A stretch of 64,000 nt of DNA from Balanoglossus misakiensis (Eukaryota; Animalia; Hemichordata): assembly GCA_040954595.2 (NCBI GenBank), contig CM082587.2, positions 8,049,705-8,113,704 of the forward strand, written 5' to 3'. Made by a program: the position numbers and the translations under genes. How positions within the stretch are numbered: position 1 is the stretch's first letter; each line of letters starts with the position of its first letter. The notes below the pieces were generated by a model that saw only the letters and a program-made list of their open reading frames with translations, had not been told where the DNA came from and searched no databases. Shown here piece after piece: positions 40,501-54,554 of this stretch.

Positions 40501-43500
40501 CGCTCCTTGAAAACGTCTTGCTGCGTCACTGAAAAAGAGGAACAAAACATGAAATGTATGGAAAATGTTAGAGAAGATATAATCCAAGGGCTATATAGTT
40601 GTATACAGCACAGTCTGTGTTGAGTGACTGTGTCTATAGCGTTATCTACTAATAATAACCCGTCCGAAAACTTCTTGGTTATAAACAATCGCATATCACA
40701 GGGAAAATTGATGTTATGTGGTCAGATCATGAAAATAATGTTGATAACCCTTCCGTACTGTCACCATGATTAGACAATACAATTATAAACATTTTGCAAG
40801 TCCCTCACACCCAGCATCAAATCTCCACCCAGTGTCTGCTCTAAATTAAACGAATGACTTAAACTTTGAAATAAGTCGATATATGCCTCTTACATGTGAA
40901 AATTCGCACCAATGTACGTGTCAAAGTGGGCGATTAGTGAAGAAGCATAACGTTGCGTCTTGCCACAGAAAGTGAAGCATGGGTACATAAATTATACACT
41001 TCATCACTCATGAAAATAACGTTTGCGCAGGTTGCCAGACAATGTCTATTAAAGTTGTTTTGTTATACTGCCCTAAACGATTTTGAAACGTATGACTTTT
41101 TTCTCATAATGTAATGTAAAATTGTACATGTAGTACTTTTTCCATAAATTCGTCAACGTAAAGATATCGTAATATACTTACCAATTACAGACAGGTTGGC
41201 TTTGGCGGAAATTGACGAATCGAAGAAGTCCTCACACGCGTAGATGTCAGACAGCTCGGGTGTCGCCCTCAACAGCTTCAAGTGAAACTCATTCTGGGTG
41301 TCGTCACCGACAATTTCGTAGACGTCGCTGTCGTCCACCGAGCGATCCAGGGATATCCTGGTGCTTCCTTTCAGCCAAATCACCGCCGAGGGCGCACTCA
41401 CGAAAGAACAGTTGAGCTGGACCGTGTCGTTTGCGAGGGCAATGGTGTCGCTTGGTCGCTCCTTAAAAACGTCTTGCTGCGTCACTGGAAAAGAGGAACA
41501 AAACATGAAATTTATGGAAAATGTTAGAGAAGATATAATCAAAGGGCTATGCAGTTTTGTTAATAGGGTGACATATTAAAAAGCAAAAACCACACGATGG
41601 CTTCAAGTTCAGCTTGTATTTTTTTGTCATTTACTCCACTGACTATAGTTATGTACGTACGTACGCACGCACCTATGTATCTATGTACATGTATGTATCT
41701 ATGTATATCTATGTAGCCATGTATATCTATGCATCTATGTATGTATTAGACCGCTGTGTGGTATGTACTTTTTTCAAATACTGTGGCTAGGCTGTACTTA
41801 CATTCCACAATCAATTCAAGACTCTTCTCGGCAACCATAGTGGAATTATCATACAGACGGTTAGTCGCCACGCACATAAAGGAGCCGGCGTCTGTTTTGG
41901 CGACATTTCCAATGGTGTAACTCGCTCCATCGTAAATTTTCTGCTCGTCTCTAAACCATTCCACGTCGGAAGCCGTTGGGTTGGCATCTACCAGACATTC
42001 AAGGGTGACTAGCTCACCTTCTTGGGCGCGTACTTCATCACTGGCAAACATGATTTCTGGACCGTCTGTAATGTAGACAGATACAACTTTGGCCTTAAAA
42101 ACCCTTTACGGTTGTTTATACCATTTTCAGGAATGGGAAGCCAAGAAAACGTATAATATCGAAATCGTATATTAATTCCTTGTGACAAGCAAGACTAGTG
42201 TAGTTATAAGATATCCAGTAGTGCCGAGATTGTAATTGTTGAAATAGTAAAGAGAACATTACATTCACACAAGTAATATAATTTATTAAATTAAACGAAA
42301 AATGTTACTTACACTGTACATTAATTACAATTTCTTTTTTACAGGTCAATATCGATGACTGTTCGTCTGTGAGGGACGGGTGTTCTAATCTGCAATCAAA
42401 CCGGGCACCATTCTCGGTCTTGTCGAAGGTTGTGGTGAGGGTGTTTATCATTTCGGTCACTCTCTTCTCCTCAACACCGTTCTTATACCAAACCAAATCG
42501 CCAAATGATGACAACATACACACAAGGGTGATCTCTTCGTCTTCAATCGTCGTGTAGCCAGGGTGTACGCTGCACTCTGGCCCATTTACTACGTGGGCAA
42601 ATTCAACAGATGGTTCGTAAATTTAGAAATAGTGATTGTGGTGTGTGGTGTTACTGGTACGTGTTTGCTTTATTTACCTTTTTCTCCGGTTTGTGTGAAA
42701 TATGACTATTATATGTGAAAGTTAGCACCAATATAGGTTCTAAGCCGGCGACCAAGAAGCATAACGTGGGGGTCTTGCTGGAGAAAGTGAAGGAACATAC
42801 AGATATAATACACTTCATCACTCATGAAAATAACGTTTGCACAGGTTGCCAGACAATGCATGTTACTGTTGTTGTATTATACCACCCTAAATTATTTTCA
42901 AACGTTACTTTAAACTAATAATTAATCTCCGTGTGTAAGATTGTACATATACCACTTCTTTTCATAAATTCCACGACGAAAATGTGCCGTCAAAATATCG
43001 TATACTTACCAATTACAGACAGGTTGGCTTTGGCGGAAATTGACGAATCGAAGAAGTCCTCACACGCGTAGACGTCAGACAGCTCGGGTGTCGCCCTCAA
43101 CAGCTTCAAGTGAAACTCATTCTGGGTGTCGTCACCGACAATTTCGTAGACGTCGCTGTCGTCCACTGAGCGATCCAGGGATATCCTGGTGCTTCCTTTC
43201 ATCCAAGTCACCGCCGAGAGCACACTCACGAAAGAACAGGTGAGCTGGACCGTGTCGTTGGCGAGGGCAATGGTGTCGCTTGGTCGCTCCTTGAAAACGT
43301 CTTGCGTCACTGAAAAAGAGGAACAAAACATGGAAAATGTTAGAGAAGATATAATCCAAGGGCTATGCAGTTTTGTTAATAGGGTGACTTATTAAAAAGC
43401 AAAACCACACGATGGCTTCAAGTTCAGCTAGAATTTGTTTGTAATTTACTTCACTGACTATAGTTGTGGACAGCACAGTCTGTGTTGAGTGACTGTGTAT

Positions 43501-44019
43501 AGCGTTATCTACTTACAATAACCTATCGGAAAACAACCGCATATCACAGGGAAAATGGATGTTATGTGGGCAGATCATGAAAATAATGTTGATAACCCTT
43601 CCCTACTGTCACCATGAATAGACAATACAATTAAAAATATTTTGCAAGTCCCTCACACCCAGCATCAAAACTCCACCCAGTGTCTGCTCTAAATTAAACG
43701 AATAACTTAAAGTTTGAAATAAGTCGATATAACACTTCCTTATTTCTATCATGGTTGGATTATACAGTGTCCATCCATTTTTAGTTCATTAGTAACTCAG
43801 AAATCACTTGATATTTATGTCAGAATTTGCCACTTCATTTCAGTTTATATCCAGCCATACTTCCCAATTCCAAATTTCATGACGTGAACTAAACTTAATC
43901 AGTGACACAATTGCAACTGAAAGACTTCATGCTTGGTGTGACTTACCTGCTGGTTGAGCAAACAAGACAATGATGCACATAAGACGTACGGACACGGAGG
44001 GTGGTAATTTTTCCATCAT
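34590..44019 (-). CDS. Ig-domain receptor tyrosine kinase-like protein (FGFR/RET-related fold), probable pseudokinase
   Basis: Signal exon 44019-43947 [24 protein letters not shown]; eight Ig exons 43310-38410; TM plus IGEGSFGAV...ALK exon ~37978-37725; [11 protein letters not shown] exon 36400-36284; RWMAPE...SDVWSFG; PYPGM; CW...RPSF; last exon [19 protein letters not shown]. Confidence 0.9.
38765..38965. repeat. Compound microsatellite (GTCT/GCCT/GTAT)n
   Basis: Direct reading; partial copy at ~41650-41745. Confidence 0.85.
38900..43730. repeat. Recent intragenic tandem duplication of the Ig exon block (~2.75-kb offset)
   Basis: ~38920-40890 is nearly identical to ~41690-43730, including introns; extra first-type Ig exon at 41180-41487. 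Confidence 0.9.
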
Positions 44020-45382
44020 GCTCCCTTTCAAGTTCTGTCCACCGATGTTCTTCGCCGATTCTGTTCGACAGTGGGTCTTGGGTATAGCCTGCTGGCAGAA
44101 TGACACTCCGAGGCGAGAGGGCTACTAAGAGTCCTGTATGTTTTACTCGCTCAATCTGTAATTGATTCGAAGGTTCCGGGTGCAAGTGTGTGCTCAGAAA
44201 CGTGATCACCAAGGTCACTGACCAAATATCAAAGGCAAATAGTATTAGGTTGAATAAAAACTCACACCGTGCACGCACTCTTATGGCCGATAGTCACAGA
44301 TTAATATCATCACCAATGGGTTTTGAAACACAAATGTATGAAGGTTGTATATGTTGTAGGTTATCACTGACTCAAATTTAGTTTTTAATACTGACTTGTG
44401 TGGGTCATGTTGAGATATGAAAAATTAATGATTAATCCTCTAGCCTCTACACATAAACTGACATAAAGCGTCTTTTGGCCGCAGGTATCATTAGCGGAAC
44501 TGTGAATGAAAACAATATAATATTCCACCTTTATCGCTATTTCGAAATCCATATTTTTCGTCTGATCTACTCCCGTATCTAGCTTATGAAATTGTCGTTT
44601 TATTTAGTTTAATCGGAGCCCATCACTGTTCGGTATTTCGTTTGCCGTTGTTGCGTAATTTCGGTGATTACACAGAGGCAGTACAGAAAACAAATATCCT
44701 TCATCGCGCACAGTGTTTACAATGAATTCAAAGTCCACATCGCTACTTGTGTCACAAACTTTGTTGGCGCTCTTCGACGCTCGACAGTAGATAGTACATC
44801 GTGATGGCCTTCAGAGAGATTTTATTGTCTAGTTAAAACAGTAATCAGTGCAAGTAAGAATACAGAATAACACGTTCACCATTTTGTTTTGTACGTACCT
44901 GCTGACATGATTGTATACTAAGAATTAACGTATAAGCATGCATACACACAGACAGACTTGGACTGATCATAATGAGGCTGCATTAACATATAGGGCCTAT
45001 ATGAAAGCTAGACCGCCAAACACTTAAATACTTGACAATTTGGCACGACATTGTTACAAGTCTGATTTACAATTCGATTTCAAAGAATATATAATATGCA
45101 TGAAATAAATTTTATACCTCCTAAATGCTGAATAAAAAGTATGATTTCTATACTATCAACTTCCTTTCTGTGTTCATGTGGGCTGATACGAAATGGCGTA
45201 AAGTACGATTACTTGTACTCAAAATGACAAACTAGATCACACTTTTCTAATAAAATCCACGTAATAAAGCTCTGAGATATTCATGATTGTATACATATAC
45301 ATGTATGTCGTACAGACATGTTCACTGCTGCTTGGGCGAATCATTGACCAGTTGATTCCAATGTCCCCACACAGTGCACATT

Positions 45383-48300
45383 TTACTTCACACAGGATTC
45401 GCTGGGCTCGAGTGTGAAGTCCTCCTTTCGAACTTCTATCATCATAGTAAATGCCAACGCAAACATGAAGGCCTGTATATTAGACATAAAGAAGTCTGAG
45501 TTAATTCAATAGATGTGACTGAATTAATGAAAGTACATGTATGACTTTCTCCAAAGTAGGGAGTTTGGAATCATCAAAGCTCACTTTAAACATGACACAA
45601 TATCATCAATTATACATATATGATAAGTATTTGCCCGTCAGCTAGAAATTTGAATGCCAACGGACTGCGTCTGACGTCATTTGATATCGAAAAAAGTGAT
45701 TTATATCAAACCCATTTGGTGAACTTTTACAGTTAAATCTTACTCACATTTTTCAAATCCTGCTTGTCGTTCCCACTCAGTAGCGTCACAAGTAAAAATT
45801 GCATGACGAGTACGATCTCTACAAATATGGTGTAGTCTCCAATGCTGTTTGTAAACACACCAGTGAATTGAATATTATTTACTGGAATTGCGAATTCACC
45901 AGCAGTGAATGACGTCAGATGGGTGCAGTGGCATATTGTGTAGTCGCTTCTTGATAACTGCAGATCTGGCTGAAAGTATACAATAGATAGAACAATCCAA
46001 CATTAAACCGTCTGTCCCTCATCCCCCCTCCCCTCCCTCCTTCCCCACTCGAACACACATTCATACATTCATGCACACGAATGATTATGTTATCATACAC
46101 TCTGGATATTAGAATACGGAAATCATCACCTCACCCCCACCACCACCACCACCACCACCACAATCATACGCCTACATGTATACCACATCTTACCCAGCAT
46201 CCATCCGTTTGCCATTTCTGGTTCACCTCGTTCCAGTACAAGCACGATACATATGACAACGAAAGTGTAATGGAGTGACTGGTAACGTTCTCGTCATTTT
46301 CGGCTATATAAACAACAAATGGAATGGAACGCGTAAAAACAATGCCAAAATTGACCTCATTTATGTACGGATTGTGATAAAAATTTGTAAAACCAACAAA
46401 ATATCTTAAATAGTTTTTGTCTAATACTATAAGAGATTGCAAAAGAATCCTCATATAGCAGATCATGAATGATACCAATTACGGTGGCACGTTTGGGTAA
46501 GGAGTAATGGCAAATATGTTGGATAGTAAACCAGCTCACACAGCAATACAATGCAATAGCGTTTGCCATGGTATTCTCCATTAATTTAATTAACAGTGCA
46601 GTGCTGTCAGCGGTGACTTGCCTGAATAATATATACCCTGTCCCTGTCAGGTGGCTTTTGTCTAATTTCAGGATCATACTTCTGATATGGTTGAAATGAT
46701 ACTAATTACTATACGACATTTGTCTTACCAATGCCTATTGAGAAGAAGTGGAATTGCTCGTCGGAGATGTTGACAGTCAATATTTGGACAGAGCCACCCG
46801 GGACCTTCCAGTGATTGTCGTAAACGGTTTTGTTGGGTGTTTCGTCGACTCGATGGTAAACGTCGTACTGCACGCCGGCCACGTCGGAGTCGGCGGAAAC
46901 TTTCATCACTTGAGCTGGAACGGTCACATTTGCATAAAACTCTGCTGTGCCACTAGCTTGTAAATTGAGACGCTGCTTGACACTTGAAGCATTCGCCACG
47001 CTGCTGATATTGATGGTGTACACATCGCTGGTTTGGACGAGTTGGCTAGTTTTGTCCAATGTTTCGAATGTCACCACTGGGAGTAACCTCAACTCTCTCG
47101 GAGATTGACATTGGTGAGGGTTAATCATCGATCCAATGAACTTGACCAAAGAGAAAACGCTTTGTGAGCATTGGGGTAAACAAAATTCGAAATCGTTGTA
47201 TTCATTTATTTCATGAAAGCAGAATATGCCAGTCAAAAGGTGAAAGGTGCGTACACTGCAACAGTGTGAGGTGAATATTTTTTGCCAAAAGAATTGAACA
47301 GTTCCAGGTATAGACAAACGTATGATGGCTAGTACTTTTACCTTGCTGGAAATGTTCACCAATGATCTGCTGGAGTTACCAGAGGATATGGAGAACCCGC
47401 CAGCTTCAGCACGCTGTCTAATACCACTCAAGTCACCGTCCTTCTCGTACGTTGCTACATTAGCCTCTAACATTCGTGACGTGTACTCGATACTGGTATG
47501 ATCCACACCCACATCCGGGGTCTTAATCAGCAAGGCCGTTTTGTTCAGACAGACATCTATCGCTTCTGACAGCAACGATATTAGACGAGCATCCTTTGAA
47601 TTCGAGAAGAAGAAAAAACAGCAAGTTGTGTTGGGTGTTCGGATATACCGCTTCGCTTTTCTCCCTGATTTTTTTTCCAGCATATCATTATCAGAATGCA
47701 AATGTAAAGGTATTGGAAAAATCTACCATCAAATCTACGTCACCAAATTAAAAGATTGGGTTTTACAGTTTATATTTAGAGAACAAAATCACTAACATTG
47801 AAACTATGTGGCCTGAAACTACCTATTTTCCGCGTTGTGTGATTTCTCCACGCTATGTCTTTAACCTGCAGTGTCTGGATTAATTACTTAACGCGGAGTG
47901 GACCAACACGCAAGTCGGGGTGAAATCGCACGACGCAGATAATTGGTACTTTCGGGCTACCGTGTGAAACAGTACTTACATCATCGCTACAAGTAACTTC
48001 AGTCGTTTGAGTAAGTGTGAGGCGATTTGCTTCGAATATATTAGAAGATGATTGAAACAGATCTGTAATATGGTAGAATGTGATAAAATTTAAACATCTT
48101 TTCACTGAACTGCCATTATATAAATAAAACAAAATAATTCGTAAAATTGCTACAAAGCGCGATTAATTATCCCATGATGGTAATATTACCACAGCATGTA
48201 AAATGTTAGTTCTCTGGGAGTGATTTTCGTGGTGTATACTTCAATGTGATTTTACAGAAAATTGTTCCTTGCGGGATCTGTAGTAAATTTGGCAAATGGT

Positions 48301-51300
48301 ACGTACCCTCTGAGGTTGTTACGACCGAAGTTTTGTTATCTATATCGATAACTGGATTAATGGCCAGGACTAGATCATGAATGAGTTCTGCCCCGATCAT
48401 CTAAAGCGGGAGAAAATATACGATACGATAGAGGTCATATCATGGAATAGTCAGTTACAAGCAGCCATGCTTTCTTAAAACTTAAAAGCTAGAAAAAATA
48501 TGACAATTGAAACCGTAATCGTAGCAATATATAATTAAGGGAAAACTTTTAAACAAAACTCGATCATTGAAACTTTCATAAATATAAACCTGAGTTTCTT
48601 GCACGAGTTCTTCGGGCGATCTGAACGATGTTACACTTAAAAGTGTCTGGGCGGTTTTCTCGGCACACGTCGATTCACATTGACTGGCATTGTAGCCTGA
48701 CGACAACACATCCATTAGCAAAGATCTAGCCTGCAATTGAAGAGTTTAAAATATACATTTCGTTTGAATGGGAACGATATACTACAATTGCTAATTCATG
48801 ACTTCTGTTAACTGTTTTACCAATGCGCCACTCCATGTGTGCAACAAACACATATCTATACCAATTTCTTTTGAGCTGGGGAAATGTTGAGATTTGATGG
48901 ACGGACCAAGCATACAACAAATATTCTATAAATTAATTAATTTAATTTTCATGAAACTTTGAGCGTCATTCTGTAAAACTTTGAGCGTCATTCTATACTT
49001 TTCTTTGTATAATAACATAAGTGACTACTAAGTGGCCTACAGTATCCGGATAAACATTTAATTTCTTATGCGAACGGACTAAACTTACAACAAATATGCA
49101 ATACGTTCCATAAGATCTGAAAAGAGGTGAATTGAGACTATAATTGACTACCATTATCTACCTGTTGTATTGCCTCCGTGACTGCTTCGGTTTTACCCTA
49201 GTTGAAAAAAAAAATATGTGTTAGAAATCATGGGCATTTGTCCATGGTAATTGGCCTTCAGAAATCAATAATCCCGACAAAAACAACACATTGTACGACA
49301 TAATTAATGTGTCGTACATTATGCCAAGTACATTATGCAGTATAATGTGTCCTAGTATAGTACTAAAAGACAATACTTTCGTACATCTAAGGCAAATACC
49401 GTATACATCTAAAATAATTTGTTATCAATTGAAGGCGTGAATCCAATCCAAGTAAGAGATTAATACAAAAAAATAGTTTGACTAACTTCATTAAAGGTGT
49501 TGATTGTATCAGCAACAACGCTGACTGTATTTAGTACCAAACTTCTGTCGATTGATCCAGAGTCAAAGTCGAAGTTCAGTACTTGTCTTTCAAGGTTTTC
49601 CACCAGCACAACAAATTCAAGTTCACTTGACGACGGTGCTACTTGTGGACCAAAGACCTAGAAATCAGAGAAGTAAATAGACAGTTTTGCTGTGGAGTTT
49701 TAAACATTCTGTTATATTAAATAATGGCTCCTTTTTCAGACAATGTCGTTCAACTTAAAATTTTGAAATATTTCTCACCAATATTATCATAACCTCAACC
49801 GTTGCTTCAAACGGTAGTTTAAATCAATTAAATCACGTTTGATTTCCTTTAAACCAGATTTGTGCGGCATTATTATAATTTCCCGCTGAGGGACACACAA
49901 CCATGCATTTATATCACCAAGACCAGCAGAGAGTTGAGAATTTGTGAATTCCCAAAATAATTTGTATAAAGTGAATGTCTCTCACACACCTGCGTGTCAA
50001 AATTATACGTTGCATAGTCGCCATACATGTCGACGATTCGAAAGAGTAATCGCACAGTGTAATTGTTTTCTTGTTTGCCAATCGGTAGGTATAATGCAGG
50101 AAATGATGAATTGGCACTGATGTACACAATTTGACCAACTGCGTCTGAGGGCGTATGGCTGGCTCTGAGTTCATAGGTCAACCCCACAGCATTGTTGTTG
50201 GTGTCAGCGCGGGATTCTGAACACTGCAGCGTGGTGTTTCCTTCGTCTGTCCAATCAAAGCACGTTGCGTAGAACTCATCCAGGACAGCACCTTTGGGCA
50301 AGAATACAAACATCATCCGATGATAAGAGGGATAGTCAGCAAAGGGTATGGCGATGACTGTATGTTGCCTACTTAGACCCATAGCATCTGGCAAGCAAGT
50401 TCCTGCATCAATATATAGAGCTTCGGTATTCGGGTTGTAGTATCGCCTGCCGGACACGACTTTTTTCTAATTGTCCATGTGGGTCACCGTATTTATTTTC
50501 GACCAACGAGACATATCTACAGCATGATGATCATTCCAAAATCTAGACTTTCTACGTTTCTAGTTTCCAAAGATGTCAGAATGTTATAGGGATAACAATT
50601 AACCACCTTACCAGTTTCGCGGTTCACTTCACAATGGCCACCGAATGGAGGTTCGTTATGACAAGCTGCAAACAAACATGTGAATTCATTATAAGGTCGC
50701 AATTCTTTCATACAAACATAAGAGTGCATATTAATTGATCACGTTTGCTTTCCTTTGCTTATATTTGACATCAAAATACGCTGAAATTTGACGGCCGAAG
50801 AGGACTTTGTTTACAAGTTGAAAGAAGTTCCGGTTGATGACGTCAGAAGTATGGCAATAACAATATAGCTTGCTCCATAATACCCTAGTGCTGACGTCAT
50901 ACTACGGTAATACGTGGAGATTGTGTATGTGATAACTATAATTACGTGGATTCTACGAACTGGTTTAGATTTTTTTTGCTGGTCCTGCACTGCATAAGTT
51001 TTCCACCCAGCCTTAAATTGGACAAGTGTCATACCTTCTTTAACAACCACAGTAAAGGAACAGTTTGCTTCATTGTCACAGTCATCCACTGCTGTACACG
51101 TTACCAGCTTCGTACCGATGTTGAAAATCGTCCCTGTGTTGGGCTCGCAAGTTACGGCGACGCTGGACTCTCCGTCGTCTGTGGCTGTTGGCAGTAGCCA
51201 TGTCACATTCCTGGAGTTCTCATACGTCTTTACAACTTGGTCACCGGGGCAGTTGCTTAGCACAGGAGCTGTACTCTCTGGAAGATCAGATATTATTCCC

Positions 51301-54300
51301 GCATAATTAGTTTTGTGAAGTTTCAATGGAGACTTTCTACTAAATGTGAAACCTTCCTCGCCACAATGCTACTGAGTACCGTGTCTAAATCTTAAGTATA
51401 CTCGGTATCTGATGTTAAGGTACGGTCTGATTTCGAATATTGTAATCTTCCTGATTAAATCAAAGAATGTTCCATACTAAAGAAAACAGGGTGCTGCAAT
51501 CTTACTTTTCAGTTTTGGGGTCTAAAATGTTATTGGGAAATGCTGAGTCGGTACTGATGTCGTACTCTTAATGATACATTTTTTGTTTTCATAAAAATTG
51601 TTGAATTGTATTTTTTCACACAAAAATCAAGTAGAACAGTGAAATGTAAGTATAATACCGTAATCGTGTTCTATGCCCTTTTAGCTTGATGTTCATATTT
51701 CTTTTACTTTTTCCTTTAAAGGGACAAAGTCTCTCTCTCGCTGCCCTGTTTTCCATTAATTATATTTGATACAAGACACCGTTTGTTATTCTACATGTGG
51801 ATATATAGTGAATGAACGTTCAACCACACACAACTTCCATTCCTCTTATAGACAGGAGAGTGAAAAAAATCGCCAAAATGAATAATCGGTCTTTACCATT
51901 TATTCATTTTGGCGAGTTTTTACTCTCATATCATACAAGTGGGATGGAAGTTTTGTGTGGTTGATCATTGATTCACTATATATCCACATTTACATTAACA
52001 TAAATGGTGTCTTGTATCAAACATAATTAATGGAAAAGGGGCAGCTGGAGAGAGACTTTGTCCCTTTAACTACATTACAATTTATCCACAAATCCATGAA
52101 ATTATATCATTCTTATAATGAACGAAGCAGCCAACCGTTGCGTAGACCGGGCATGGCAGCAACTGAAGATCCTAGTAGGTCGTGGCGACTGCAGTGGGGT
52201 TTGCGCTGGTATGGGAGGACATATTCTCATCAAGGGGGACACCCCCGCGGGGCAAAGACCACTTCCCCTTTCCTGTTTTTCTTTGTGCACAAAAGTACTC
52301 TCAAACACTTAAATAATATAAAACGCCATTGAAATGTTTTGAGGACGAAACTGTTTCTGAGAATCCTTCCCGGAGGCGCCTACCACCGACCTTTAGTTAT
52401 TTCGCAAGCAGGATAAGTCTCATGTTGGCAAGTTTTGTCGTTCCATTTACCATCCTCGAATGTACCGGTATGCACACAATCTTCATTACCAAACGCATTA
52501 TTGGGTTCTTCAATCTCCCAGAAGTCAGCGTTAAATTCTGCGATTTCACCGGTTATCCAACGAAATTGACCAGAGTCACCAACCTATGGTGAAAAGGGAT
52601 TATAATAATTTCAACTAAGCCAATCAATTTCACCAGACGTCGGTGTAATATTTAAGCAATAAAACACCCCCAGCCATGGTATACCACGAGATTTTGACCA
52701 GTTCATGGAGTTGAACTGGTCAAAATCGAGTGGTATACCATGGCTGGGAGTGTTTTATTGCTATTATATTATGCCAGTATATTGAAACTTTGCATAAAAC
52801 ATTTTTAAAAGGCATTTTCTTTGACTATGATATATGACTGTGGTATACGGCTAATATATCACGGTCACGTGTCGTGTCTCGACCAATCAAATAGCGTGAT
52901 TTACACCATCAATATACTGGTATAATATAATTATGGATATTATTAAATATATAAATTAGCGGTTAGTCGATGGAACACTGCATTATATCTCCCTGTTCCA
53001 ACAGCACTTTCACTTTGTTGGCCTGCTGCCCTGCAGGGTATATTTTCTTTCCTGAGGCCAGACATTTCAATGTGTAGAAGCCTATCCAAGCATTGCCATG
53101 GTTATCTGTGTTTCGGAATTTTAATCAGCTTTGCCAGTATTTTTTCTCAATGAAAATATTTATGGTAACCTGACATTTCAGCACCATATGCCGAAATGGG
53201 CAGAACCATGAAATCGGACGTTTTAAAATAAAAAAATAAGCTTTAAATAATCGCATACATTCTTTTAATTATGCCTATCACGACAAAATTCAACTTAGTA
53301 GCCGCCAAACTAGCAACACCGTATTTCATTGATGCCAGCGGCAAGTTGTCTCTGAAAGTGTAACAACGTCAAAATTTAGTAGACAAAGAGGCGCCCCCAT
53401 CCCAATTGCGCAGTTGAAGTTAGAATTTTCCATAACAAGTTTTACTAGTAACCTCAAAGTAATAAACACGTCAAAGTGTACATCACGTTTGGGCTTTTCG
53501 AAATGGGAAACAGAGGAACAAGAACACGTATATACTAATCATGAATACCTAACAAACACGTTGAATAATCCAGACCTGAAAATTTCACAAAGTATACTGT
53601 CCGTTAGAAAAATCCAGACTGAGTCAAGACATTCATTAAACATTATACTTCTATGTTTATCATCATAGAAAGGCCTCAGACACCTCCATATGCTGTCTGG
53701 CACAAAGGCAGTCATTATAATGTATAAAGAAATCATGTTCTCCGATGATTTCAAATGTGGAAAACCACGGCGATCAACGTACTCGAATGATAATCAGCTC
53801 TCGCCAGGGCAGACTCATACTTGTCCAGCTCATCCATTAAACGTATCAATGTACTCACATCTCGCTCTAGCCCAATCCAGTATTGATTGAATGGTTTCAA
53901 TTGGTTGAAACTGCTAAACTTAGACGGGGATTTTAACACTACCAGCGTTGAATCTGTTGACGCACAGAACTCTTTGGCCTGTGGATTTGTCATCTCTTCG
54001 TTATGAAACAGGTAGCACATGCCTGCGGTTTGGTCGAATACCCAACCATTTGGGCAACCTGAAACAAAGGTAATACAGATATCATATGGGACTTCAGTTT
54101 TCACGCAAGTTGAGACGTTGTGAACCGGCGTATAAGAGCCAAGGAATGCGAGAGTAGTCGATTGAGCCGTCATGACCGCAATACGCTCGAAGGACTAACG
54201 TATCAAACTGCAATCGCAACCTCATACTGTGATGGGAATGCAACTGTGGTCAGAGATTGTGAAATTAGCACTTCTTGTTATACCTTAAAAGCTGACTGGG

Positions 54301-54554
54301 TTCTACGGGCTACCACTGTCTTAACTATGAAATGAACGTATACTCTTACAATCGCATGCTTGTCATAATTCGCTCAGTTCACAGAATTGTCTTGAAATGG
54401 GTTTCTTTTGGATGAACGGACCTGAGCATTTAAACTATAATTTGCCTGCCCAAGACGTTAACGACATTATTAGAAACGGACATTTAGGAAAAAGGTAAAA
54501 CTTACACTGATTTTGACATTCTGTAATGTGAAGGCTAACCAATATGATGAGCAT
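45383..54554 (-). CDS. PKD1-like/REJ receptor (C-type lectin, HYR, partial REJ, GAIN/GPS, TM), lacking PLAT and channel domains
   Basis: CPNGW...CYLF...YWIGL (CTL); APVLSNCP...VTW..PTATD...CSFTVVV (HYR); PPFGGHCEV and F..TC.DW.D (REJ); CLYWNE..QKWQTDGC and TICHCTHLTSF (GPS) followed by a hydrophobic helix; exon chain and terminal exon partly inferred. Confidence 0.8.
51720..52065. mobile_element. Palindromic MITE (Kolobok-type)
   Basis: TTAA at 51716-51719 and 52066-52069; ~170-bp arms AGGGACAAAGTCTCTCTC.../...GAGAGAGACTTTGTCCCT form a nearly full-length hairpin. Confidence 0.88.
52655..52762. repeat. ~108-bp near-perfect hairpin, likely a non-autonomous transposon remnant
   Basis: AGCAATAAAACAC.CCCAGCCATGGTATACCAC..GATTTTGACCAGTTCA paired with its reverse complement across a short loop. 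Confidence 0.8.

Larger units (their letters stand above)
34113..45184. repeat. Pair of ~135-bp inverted repeats (34113-34247 and 45050-45184) bracketing the RTK gene
   Basis: TGAACACAGAACGGAAGTTGATAGTATAGAAATCGTACTTTTTATTCAG on the left aligns with few mismatches to the reverse complement of CTGAATAAAAAGTATGATTTCTATACTATCAACTTCCTTTCTGTGTTCA on the right. Confidence 0.85.

Noticed and set aside
43943-44278. 111-aa ORF as a separate membrane-protein gene
   Set aside because: It overlaps the RTK signal-peptide exon in another frame and its likely 5' UTR; no motif support
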